Assembly: GCA_031316235.1 (NCBI GenBank)
Contig: JALDRA010000001.1
Coordinates: 4,110,001-4,142,000 of the forward strand
DNA from: Candidatus Scalindua sp.
Lineage (GTDB): Bacteria; Planctomycetota; Brocadiia; Brocadiales; Scalinduaceae
DNA: 32,000 nucleotides
Direction: 5' to 3'
The notes under the pieces are model-generated. The model was given only the letters and a program-made list of their open reading frames with translations. It had not been told where the DNA came from and made no database searches. A program made the translations under genes and the position numbers. Every line of letters starts with the position of its first letter. Position 1 is the stretch's first letter. Below are positions 19,394 to 27,206 of this stretch, piece after piece.

Positions 19394-19454
19394 GATATAC
19401 TAAAACCGATTTGATTTTCGGTTTTACCGGAAATCAAATCTTGGTTGCAGTTAT
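19394..19454 (+). repeat. Intergenic TATACT-repeat, copy F (solo hairpin-1 module)
   Basis: tatactaaaaccgatttgattttcggttttaccggaaatcaaatcttggttgcagttatac. Only the first module is present. Confidence 0.8.
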
Positions 19455-19574
19455 ACTGGCAAAGCACCTCTATAAGGTCTTAAATTCCTCAAGTTATGGT
19501 TTTTAAATGACAATGTTATTTACAAATATTTTCTGCATCTCAATGCAGAAATTCTGAAGGTGTAAAAGAAAAAC

Positions 19575-20120
19575 ATGAAAAGAGATATGGACTTAATAAG
19601 AAAATTACTCTTTTACTTTGAGCAAACGAAAGATACTGTGCATGATAATCTTCCAAAGATTGAAGGATATGATGCAAATAGTATAAAATATCATATTTAT
19701 CTGTTGTATGACTCAAAACTTCTTCACTGTGAACCGGTGAAATCAGAGATAACCGGGCAGGTTTTATATTTAACGCCGCTTAATGTATCGTGGGATGGAA
19801 ACGAGTTCCTGGAGAAGGTAAGAAGCGACATCACCTGGGAAAAAATAAAAAAAACAATCGTTGACAAAGGTGAAGCTTTTTCTTTCAGCAATATAAATCA
19901 GATAACAAACCAAAAGGGAGACCAGGAAAAGTATTGTCTGAATCCTGATTTTGAGTTGAAGTGGCAAAAACTGATTGACAGAAATCCAGGTGATCTGCAA
20001 GTGCATGCCCTTCATGCCCTGAGACTTGGTCTGTACCTGAAAGAAGAGAGAGGAGATATAACAAATAATGAAGCCAGCAGGATTTTTGAAAATATAAAAA
20101 TGTCGTTAGTTACATTATAG
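19575..20120 (+). CDS. DUF2513-like protein
   Basis: 181 aa. The N-terminus MKRDMDLIRKLLFYFE matches the characteristic start of DUF2513 proteins as I remember them. The gene sits in a very AT-rich stretch. Confidence 0.55.
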   Translation: MKRDMDLIRKLLFYFEQTKDTVHDNLPKIEGYDANSIKYHIYLLYDSKLLHCEPVKSEITGQVLYLTPLNVSWDGNEFLEKVRSDITWEKIKKTIVDKGEAFSFSNINQITNQKGDQEKYCLNPDFELKWQKLIDRNPGDLQVHALHALRLGLYLKEERGDITNNEASRIFENIKMSLVTL

Positions 20121-20345
20121 CTTACAATAAAAATATCCTGAATGGTATAAAAAGAATTGTCACAGTATTTCATGATGAAAAGATCTTTATACATGAGGCA
20201 CTTATTTCCCAAGGTCTCCCACGCAAAGATTCATCCCCTAATTTTTTCATATTTTTATCACCAAACCAAAGATAATGTAACAACACTCATTAATATTCAT
20301 CTAGATTTTAAACAATTATAAATTTCAGAAGAAAGGATGTTTGAG

Positions 20346-21689
20346 ATGAGAAGGATCCTGTTTGTGGATAATGATTTGGGTGCGTCGCGGGAATTAAGAA
20401 AGATACTTTGCCTCATGTGCCCTGATTGGGACATAGACATTGTCATAAGCGGAGAAGAAGCACTGCACCTCATGTCAGAATCCTCTTTTGATGTTCTTGT
20501 GTCCGACATTTATCTCCAGGGAATGAACGGTGTAGAATTACTTGGTGCTGTTAGTGAACGTTATCCTGAAACTGTTCGTATTATTCATGCAGAGGTTTCT
20601 GATCCTGAGACAGTCCTTAAGTCCACTATGACCGTGCATCAGTTTTTGACGAAACCGTGTTGTGCCGAAATAATGAAAAAGACCATTGAACGTACATGCA
20701 AACTTCGAGATATGTTAAATAACGAAACATTAAAAAAGATAGTTGCAGGTACAAAAAATTTGCCGAGCCTCCCTGTTTTATATAATTCAATCGTATCAGA
20801 AATGCAGTCTTCAGAACCTTCTCTCAGAAAGGTAGGCCATTTCATTTCACAGGACGTGTCAATGTCTGCAAAAATCCTACAGTTAGTCAACTCTGCTTTC
20901 TTTGCTCTGCCACGCAAAATTACCAACCTGCAGCATGCATCAGTTTTTGTGGGGATAGAGTCATTGAAGGCACTTGTACTGTCTATTCATCTGTTTTCTT
21001 CATTTACAGAGGATGCAGAATTATCTGGATTCTCGATAACGAAAATGTGGAACCATTGTTTGATAACTGGAGGTCTTGCCAGGGACATTGCGCGTGCAGA
21101 AAAGGCTTCTGGTAATGTAGCAGAAGAGGCGATGATAGCGGGAATGTTACATGATATAGGAAAACTTATAATGCTGAAAGTCCCCCGTCAATACAAAAAA
21201 GTGATAAAACTTATTGAAACAACCGGTTGTGATTCTGCAGAAGCTGAATACACTGTTATGAAAACTTCTCATTCAGAATTGGGAGCTTATCTCTTGGGAC
21301 TCTGGGGACTTCCCGGCAATGTAGTCGAATCAGTTGCCTTTCACCACAACCCATCCAGGCTGATAGAGCGTATGTTCATTATGTCAAATGAATCCCTGAA
21401 AGAGGGTTTGATCAAAACTGAATCGAAAGATAGCATCTTGATACCTCAGCCGACAGCAAACCACTCGAATGAGTTTACCGCATTAACAGCTGTTCATATA
21501 GCGAATGCATTGACAATGCAGGAAGTAATTTCAGAGGAGTCAACTCTTTTCCCGTACGTAGACATGTCGTATTTAAAAACTCTGGATTTGACAGACAGGT
21601 TACCGAAGTGGGTTGAGCTTTGTACCAATATAAAAAAACGATCCCATGCTGAAACTATTTTCCCCGGGCAATTTCCATCTCTTCAGTAA
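20346..21689 (+). CDS. Response-regulator receiver domain fused to an HDOD domain
   Basis: MRRILFVDND...VLVSDIYLQGMNG (REC), then LPSLPVLYNSI...SAKILQLVNSAFF...VGIESLKALVL and MLHDIGKL (HDOD). The ATG at 20346 has AAGGA 9 nt upstream. The track start at 20337 is also possible. Confidence 0.85.
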   Translation: MRRILFVDNDLGASRELRKILCLMCPDWDIDIVISGEEALHLMSESSFDVLVSDIYLQGMNGVELLGAVSERYPETVRIIHAEVSDPETVLKSTMTVHQFLTKPCCAEIMKKTIERTCKLRDMLNNETLKKIVAGTKNLPSLPVLYNSIVSEMQSSEPSLRKVGHFISQDVSMSAKILQLVNSAFFALPRKITNLQHASVFVGIESLKALVLSIHLFSSFTEDAELSGFSITKMWNHCLITGGLARDIARAEKASGNVAEEAMIAGMLHDIGKLIMLKVPRQYKKVIKLIETTGCDSAEAEYTVMKTSHSELGAYLLGLWGLPGNVVESVAFHHNPSRLIERMFIMSNESLKEGLIKTESKDSILIPQPTANHSNEFTALTAVHIANALTMQEVISEESTLFPYVDMSYLKTLDLTDRLPKWVELCTNIKKRSHAETIFPGQFPSLQ

Positions 21690-21692
21690 CAT

Positions 21693-21815
21693 TCATTTTT
21701 TCTCACGTAATGCTTGCATTTTATATTCTACGGCAAGCTGGAACAGGAACTCCGGAATGATAAAGAACATGATCCACTGAAAGCCGATACGTGAGGAGTA
21801 GCGGAGGATCTGCAA
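21693..21815 (-). pseudogene. Remnant of a membrane oxidoreductase paralogue (about 32 codons), forming the left 96-bp direct repeat
   Basis: Translation ILRYSSRIGFQWIMFFIIPEFLFQLAVEYK matches IFRYSSLIGFQWIMFFIIPEFLFQFAVEYK at 25782-25880. Nucleotides 21720-21815 match 25785-25880 with 8 mismatches by my count. Confidence 0.7.
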
Positions 21816-21941
21816 GGGACATGAAGCTGATAAATGATTAGGTTTTATTATTGCGTGAAAAATGGCGATGAGTAGCTTCATTAAGAGGCTCAAACCTCCT
21901 GAGGGTGCAGGAAAAAACAACTTGTTATTCTTTCCTGGGTT

Positions 21942-22172
21942 CTAAGCTAAGAATTTTTTAATCTCATCTACACTAGCCACTTTACCTTCACTGACAACAT
22001 CATGATTAATTGATAATGCCGGTGTTCTCATGATGCCAGCAGTAATGATGGCATTCATATCTGTTATTTTTTTCACCTCATAAGGAATATTCAATTCCCT
22101 GGCCGCATCTTCTGCATTGGCTGTTAGTTGCTGACATTTACTGCAACCGCTACCATAAATAATAAATTTCAT
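21942..22172 (-). CDS. Small thioredoxin-fold redox-active disulfide protein
   Basis: 76 aa with a GCSKCQ CxxC motif near the N-terminus. Size and position next to a DUF318-type permease are typical of this family. Confidence 0.75.
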   Translation of the reverse strand: MKFIIYGSGCSKCQQLTANAEDAARELNIPYEVKKITDMNAIITAGIMRTPALSINHDVVSEGKVASVDEIKKFLA

Positions 22173-22192
22173 TTTTTATCCCCTTATTACTC

Positions 22193-23512
22193 TCACCAAA
22201 AATTACCATAAATAAATCCTGATATGGTTGCCATGACGGTAACAAGCATACAGTAAACTACTGTTTTTTGAGTTCCAATGATGGTGCGTATAACCAGCAT
22301 GTTCGGCAGTGATAAGGCTGGACCTGCCAGTAACAGCGCCAATGCTGGCCCCTTACCCATCCCGGAAGCAAGTAAACCTTCTACTATCGGAACTTCAGTC
22401 AACGTGGAAAAATACATGAACGCACCCATTACCGATGCCAGGAATGTTGACAGCAGCGAGTTATCCCCCACGGCCATGACTACCCATTCATCTGGTATTA
22501 ATCCGTCATACCCAGGTCGACCTAACAATAAGCCTGCAATAAACACACCGCCTATTAGTAAAGGCATGATCTGCTTTGTAAAATCCCAAGTCTGAGCAGC
22601 CCACTCCCGATCTTGACTATTTAGTAAGGCCAACAGCATGATACCAATCACACCAATAGAAAAGGGCAATTGTGGTGCACCAGGCACAAGCAAGGCAGAA
22701 AGTGCAACGACAGCTGACAAAATCAATAAATGCTTTACAGACCACTGCCAACGAAAAACCAGTAGCGTCGCAAATAATGCAGCCAACACCGCCGTAATCT
22801 GCCATTTCCATTGATAAATCAACATCCAGGTATCGTTCTCAGCTGCAGCCCAGTTAGCAAAAACAAGAATACCAATCATCAGGCCAAAAAAAGCTACTGT
22901 AGCACTCAGCGGTTTACCTTGATCATCTGCCGAAAAACCACGACCTGAGTCCGAAGATCGTTCAGCCTCTTCCTTTCGGTAGATGAAATGCATGATGAGA
23001 CCGACAACCAATGCGAACAAGATTGCCCCAATCGCTCTGGCAATACCCAGCTCAGCTCCCAATACTTTCGCAGTCACCACAACTGCCATAATATTGATAG
23101 CTGGCCCTGAGTAAAGAAAGGCAATAGCTGCACCCAGGCCAGCACCACGTTTATAAATTCCACCAAAAAGCGGGAGTACAGTGCATGAACAAACTGTAAG
23201 CATTGCACCGGATACCGATGCCACACCAAGCGCAACAGGTTTCGATACCTGAGGCCCCAGATATCGCATCACGGAGCCTTGGCTGATATACACTGCCATG
23301 GCGCCCGCTATCAAAAAAGCTGGTAACAAACAAAGGATGACGTGCTCTCTTGCGTACCAGTTGGTCAATCGTATACCTTCGAGCCAGGCATTGCTGAAAC
23401 GTTCAGAATCAACAGGCAGGAAATATATAACCAAAAATCCCACTGACATAATGAGAAGAAAGCGGCCCTGATGTGGGTTTTCTTTATACATCGCACATAA
23501 CTTTGTAACCAC
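22193..23512 (-). CDS. Multi-pass permease, DUF318/ArsP-like
   Basis: 439 aa with about 10 or more hydrophobic helices. The motif TVCSCTVLPLFGGIYKRGA is typical of this permease family. GTG start at 23512; an ATG alternative lies 7 codons downstream. Confidence 0.7.
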   Translation of the reverse strand: MVTKLCAMYKENPHQGRFLLIMSVGFLVIYFLPVDSERFSNAWLEGIRLTNWYAREHVILCLLPAFLIAGAMAVYISQGSVMRYLGPQVSKPVALGVASVSGAMLTVCSCTVLPLFGGIYKRGAGLGAAIAFLYSGPAINIMAVVVTAKVLGAELGIARAIGAILFALVVGLIMHFIYRKEEAERSSDSGRGFSADDQGKPLSATVAFFGLMIGILVFANWAAAENDTWMLIYQWKWQITAVLAALFATLLVFRWQWSVKHLLILSAVVALSALLVPGAPQLPFSIGVIGIMLLALLNSQDREWAAQTWDFTKQIMPLLIGGVFIAGLLLGRPGYDGLIPDEWVVMAVGDNSLLSTFLASVMGAFMYFSTLTEVPIVEGLLASGMGKGPALALLLAGPALSLPNMLVIRTIIGTQKTVVYCMLVTVMATISGFIYGNFW

Positions 23513-23547
23513 AACAATACCCCGGTTAATTTTGAAAATTATATATT

Positions 23548-23687
23548 TATACTCATCTCATACTGGTTTTCGGATAAAATCCGAGATAAAATTGAGCGAG
23601 TACAAGTCCTCGGCGCTTTTTGTCCGGGGATACCTTCACCAAGATTTGGTTTCTGGTAAAACCGAAAACCAAATCGGTTTTAGTATA
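23548..23687 (-). repeat. Intergenic TATACT-repeat, copy G (full length, used as reference)
   Basis: tatactcatctcatactggttttcggataaaatccgagataaaattgagcgagtacaagtcctcggcgctttttgtccggggataccttcaccaagatttggtttctggtaaaaccgaaaaccaaatcggttttagtata. The proximal end is 35 nt from the permease start. Confidence 0.9.
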
Positions 23688-23805
23688 GCTAAAAGGATCA
23701 GACCATCAAATGTCTCTTCTGGAACCATCAACACAGGCCTGTCTGCCATCTCACAAAGATTGGCAGCAGTACTCGCAATCAAACCACCCGATTCTGCAAC
23801 GCCTG

Positions 23806-25374
23806 CTACAGTGCCTGATTGACCAGCGCAAGAATCTGCTCAGATTCTGAGACCGATTCGGTATCAATGGTAACGGTATAGCCCTGCTCATCGTCATCGA
23901 GTCCCGCGTACGCCGCGAGCTGATGCTCAAGCACGCTGAGATCTGCTTCCGAGATGTCGCGGCCTTCACGCTGGCGGTTTTGAATGCGCTGTCGAAGCAC
24001 ATCGGCATCGGCACGAAAGAACAGGATACGAATCGGCACACCGAGACGATCCGCCAGTTGCTTAAAAGGTTTTCTCTGCTGGCGTTCGAGAAACGTCGCG
24101 TCAATGATTACGGAATACCAGGATTGCAGAACAGCCTCGGCAAGTTCTGCAAGTTTCCCATAGGTTTGCCGACCGGCGTCTTCGGAGTACACCCCTTCAC
24201 TGATAGTGGACGCCTCACCTTGCCGCCTGCCTTTACCGAACATTCGCTGTCGCTCGCGATCCGAGCGAATTCTTATTGCTGCCAATGACTCAACCAATGG
24301 CCCCGAGAGGGTGGACTTGCCGCTGCCCGACAAGCCATGGGTGATGAATAATGCAGGCTGTTGCGGCTGTGTGTAGCTGAGCGCGAGCTGTAGATAACAC
24401 TCGAATTCCTGCATGTCTGACGATTGCAGGTCGGACACGGCTTGCTGGCCCAAACGAATACACGCGACTTTGGCTCGCACCATGGCACGGTAAGCCTGGT
24501 AGTAGCGAAATACCCGCAGCCCCTGATAATCCCCGGTCCTTTCCAGATAGCTGTTCAAAAAACGGCAGGCAAGATTGTGCTTCCCGTGGTACTCGAGGTC
24601 CATGCACAGGAAAGCTACCTCGCTCATTACGTCAATCCAGTAGAGATCAGGATTAAACTCGATACCATCAAAGATGACCACTCGATCGTCGACCACCGCC
24701 ATATTGCCCAGATGCATATCACCATGGCATTCACGAATAAAGCCCTGTTCTTTTCTCTGCCGAAAATGCGGGTAACACGATTCGTATTGGTGTTCGGCCC
24801 ATACTTCCAGCTGATCAAGCAATTCAAGATGTCGGGGAGCGTGCATACGCTCTCGAATTTGCACAAAATTTTCATGCACCGGTGCGGCGACGTGATCAGG
24901 ATTTCCATATCGGGTGCCGGGAGTTGCTGCCGGAATGGTCTGGTGAAAGTCTGCAACCTGGGCAATGACCTGACTGATGTGAGTATCGGCCAGAAGATGC
25001 TGTTGCAGCATATGGCTCAACAGTGCCTGCTGCGGAAAACGGCACATTTTCACTGCGTATTCGAAGGCTTCACCTGATCCTCCCAGTTGCAGCTGGTCGG
25101 GTGTGCCGGTAATAGGAACAACCGCCAAGTAGAGTTCAGGCGCCAGCCTGCCATTGAGGCGCAGTTCCTCTTCGCAATAGAATTTGCGTTTGGCCAGCGT
25201 CGAGCAGTCCATGAACCCGAGATTGAGCGCCTTTTTAATCTTATAGGCATACGATCCACTCAGGAAAACCCAAGAAATATGGGTTTCGATCAGCTCAAGC
25301 CTATCAGCGTCGTGCGGGTATACCGAGGGATTCTGTAGAGAGCGGATCAATTGGCGCTGGTTTTTATCAATCAT
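23806..25374 (-). CDS. Fusion of an aminoglycoside-phosphotransferase-like (protein-kinase-fold) domain and a P-loop kinase/AAA domain
   Basis: 522 aa. CHGDMHLGNM and FDGIEF (APH/kinase catalytic and Mg loops), then the Walker A motif GLSGSGKSTLS. The gene is visibly more GC-rich than its neighbours. Confidence 0.75.
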   Translation of the reverse strand: MIDKNQRQLIRSLQNPSVYPHDADRLELIETHISWVFLSGSYAYKIKKALNLGFMDCSTLAKRKFYCEEELRLNGRLAPELYLAVVPITGTPDQLQLGGSGEAFEYAVKMCRFPQQALLSHMLQQHLLADTHISQVIAQVADFHQTIPAATPGTRYGNPDHVAAPVHENFVQIRERMHAPRHLELLDQLEVWAEHQYESCYPHFRQRKEQGFIRECHGDMHLGNMAVVDDRVVIFDGIEFNPDLYWIDVMSEVAFLCMDLEYHGKHNLACRFLNSYLERTGDYQGLRVFRYYQAYRAMVRAKVACIRLGQQAVSDLQSSDMQEFECYLQLALSYTQPQQPALFITHGLSGSGKSTLSGPLVESLAAIRIRSDRERQRMFGKGRRQGEASTISEGVYSEDAGRQTYGKLAELAEAVLQSWYSVIIDATFLERQQRKPFKQLADRLGVPIRILFFRADADVLRQRIQNRQREGRDISEADLSVLEHQLAAYAGLDDDEQGYTVTIDTESVSESEQILALVNQAL

Positions 25375-25428
25375 GTCTGACTGTCCCCTGAGGATGATAG
25401 AAATTTTCTTTTTAGAGATTGTGCGATA

Positions 25429-26796
25429 TTAGATAAGCCGGTGGCTAAAGATATCCATCAATTTTACCAATGGACACCAATACCGGCACCATACTTTACC
25501 ACCGAGAAATGGGTACAGTATAACAGAAATAATACCGACAAGCCACACATCTACGAGAATCTTGTACCAATATAAATTTGCCTCTGCCGCTTTGACCGGA
25601 AACCCTATAACGTCCTTCAGAAGCATTAATCCAGTAACTATAAACGCCGTCCAGAGAATGAAACTACTCATCTTCTCCCGCTTGATGCTTGTATTACCTT
25701 TTGGGGCCAGACATATACGATACCATATGCCCGCCAAGGTTGTCATGCAAAATTCGGATCATTTGCCAGCGCTTCTCCTACTCATTTATATTCTACGGCA
25801 AACTGGAACAGGAACTCCGGAATGATAAAGAACATGATCCACTGAAACCCGATGAGTGAAGAATAGCGAAAGATCTGCAATCGGTCTTTCTTGTCAAACC
25901 CCCACTCTTTCATGGCTGAAACTCCAAAGGCGGTCTTTACGGCAGTATAAAGGACCGTATACCAGAACGCCCATGGTCTCCCAAAGAGTGAGAACAGTGC
26001 GTTACCCCACCCACGAAATGGCCAGAACTCAGAGCCGCCACCCACCTTAACTCCATAAATTGTATAGCATATGAGAAAAGTAATGCCCAGCCACGAAAAT
26101 CGCTCTCTCTTCGCAAAACCACCATATAAAAGACCCGTCAAACCGGTAAAGAAGAGTGGTACGCCAAACAGCTCAGGTATCCAACCAAGAAGAGGTCTGT
26201 TCCATTCGTGGCTGTCTCCTCCCCATATTGAGAGGTCCAGAAGCGAAAGGATTACGAGACTAAAATTTTTCCATAGGTTTCCTGTCCACTCCCCTTCAAG
26301 TCGAATGCCCTGCTTCTTGAGAAACTTTACCGGTAATTCAGCTCCGATAAGCTCAAACGCATGATGGTAAGATATTCTTTCGGTTGCTGTTCCCGCCCCC
26401 AACCACAATGATCTCTTCATCGCGGTAGTGTTTTGGAGCATAGAGACGTGGTATACCTCTTCTCGATCTTCACCAGGTACTCCCAGCTTTCGCGCGTTAC
26501 CACGCTGACCTGACCTATAGCCAGAATAACTCGGCGAGCCTTTAACGTATCTCCACGATGAGTTTTAACGTTAAAATTTTTTCCGTCCTTTACTATGCTT
26601 TCGACACCTTGATCGGTCTTGACATTAAGACCGTTTTCATTGATAATTTGATGCCAGCGGTAGAGTAAAAAATGAAAAAACCCTGCATTATGGCAAATGG
26701 ATCATTGTGAAAATTTGCTAATGTAAGGATATCAGGAGAGACATGCCTACTTTCTATCACAAAACCGATATTTACAAACATATCGACAACAATCAC
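25429..26796 (-). pseudogene. Decayed gene for an FAD/NAD(P)-dependent oxidoreductase fused to a membrane polyferredoxin-like domain (several frameshifts, internal deletion, N-terminus missing)
   Basis: Own three-frame reading of the minus strand. The pieces WHQIINENGLNVKTDQGVESIVKDGKNFNVKTHRGDTLKARRVILAIG, SGQRGNARKLGVPGEDREEVYH, YRDEEIIVVGGGNS, the TM region of ORF 25782..26441, WRAYGIVYVWP, and GGKVWCRYWCPL (ORF 25429..25746) follow each other in different frames. Confidence 0.65.
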
Positions 26797-26855
26797 CTTT
26801 TCTACATTTCAAAAAGCTTATTCAATTGAGCTAAGTCAAGTATTTAAAAAAAAAC

Positions 26856-26884
26856 TTGACTTACACTTGTCATTGCCTTAATCT
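26856..26884 (+). promoter_or_regulatory. Putative sigma-70 promoter TTGACT-17-TAATCT; its -35 box is embedded in a 9-bp inverted repeat (26833-26841 / 26854-26862)
   Basis: Read directly: AAGTCAAGT-n12-ACTTGACTT, then tacacttgtcattgcct, then TAATCT. Sequence-based prediction only. Confidence 0.4.
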
Positions 26885-27206
26885 CGCACAGTTTCAAAAA
26901 AACAATTTTCTATCATTCATTGTCGTAAGTGATGAATCTTTGCAGGCGACAATTAAATGTACGAAAAAATTTTCTTGTCGCAAGGGAAACAGGGATGACC
27001 CTTGCAAAGCTGACTCTTTAATTGGGGAAGTTCTTCTCATTTTATATGCCGAAATAAAGAGCATTGTTCTTATCGGCAGGCATATGGAGACGGCTATTTC
27101 TGTCGCTGCTCAACGAAGTAAGAGATTTACAATAAGCACAAGGTACGAACGTTTAATAGACAAATATAGCGGGTGTGTAAACGTATCCCAGAAAAGGAAA
27201 GACTCT

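Noticed and set aside
3187-23687. The dispersed repeats as a CRISPR array or CRISPR remnants
   Set aside because: Copies are kilobases apart, occur in both orientations, are about 110-140 nt long with internal hairpins, and are not separated by uniform spacers. No cas genes are present.
26975-27015. A c-di-GMP-I (GEMM-I) riboswitch in the AOX-like leader, suggested by GCAAGGG...CCCTTGCAAAGC
   Set aside because: Only the GCAAAGC-like string resembles the motif. The two-hairpin architecture with a GNRA tetraloop and receptor cannot be drawn.
26856-27206. The 117-codon N-terminal extension of the AOX-like ORF
   Set aside because: It starts at a TTG inside the predicted -35 box, has no protein-like features, and the internal ATG at 27207 has a proper Shine-Dalgarno sequence.
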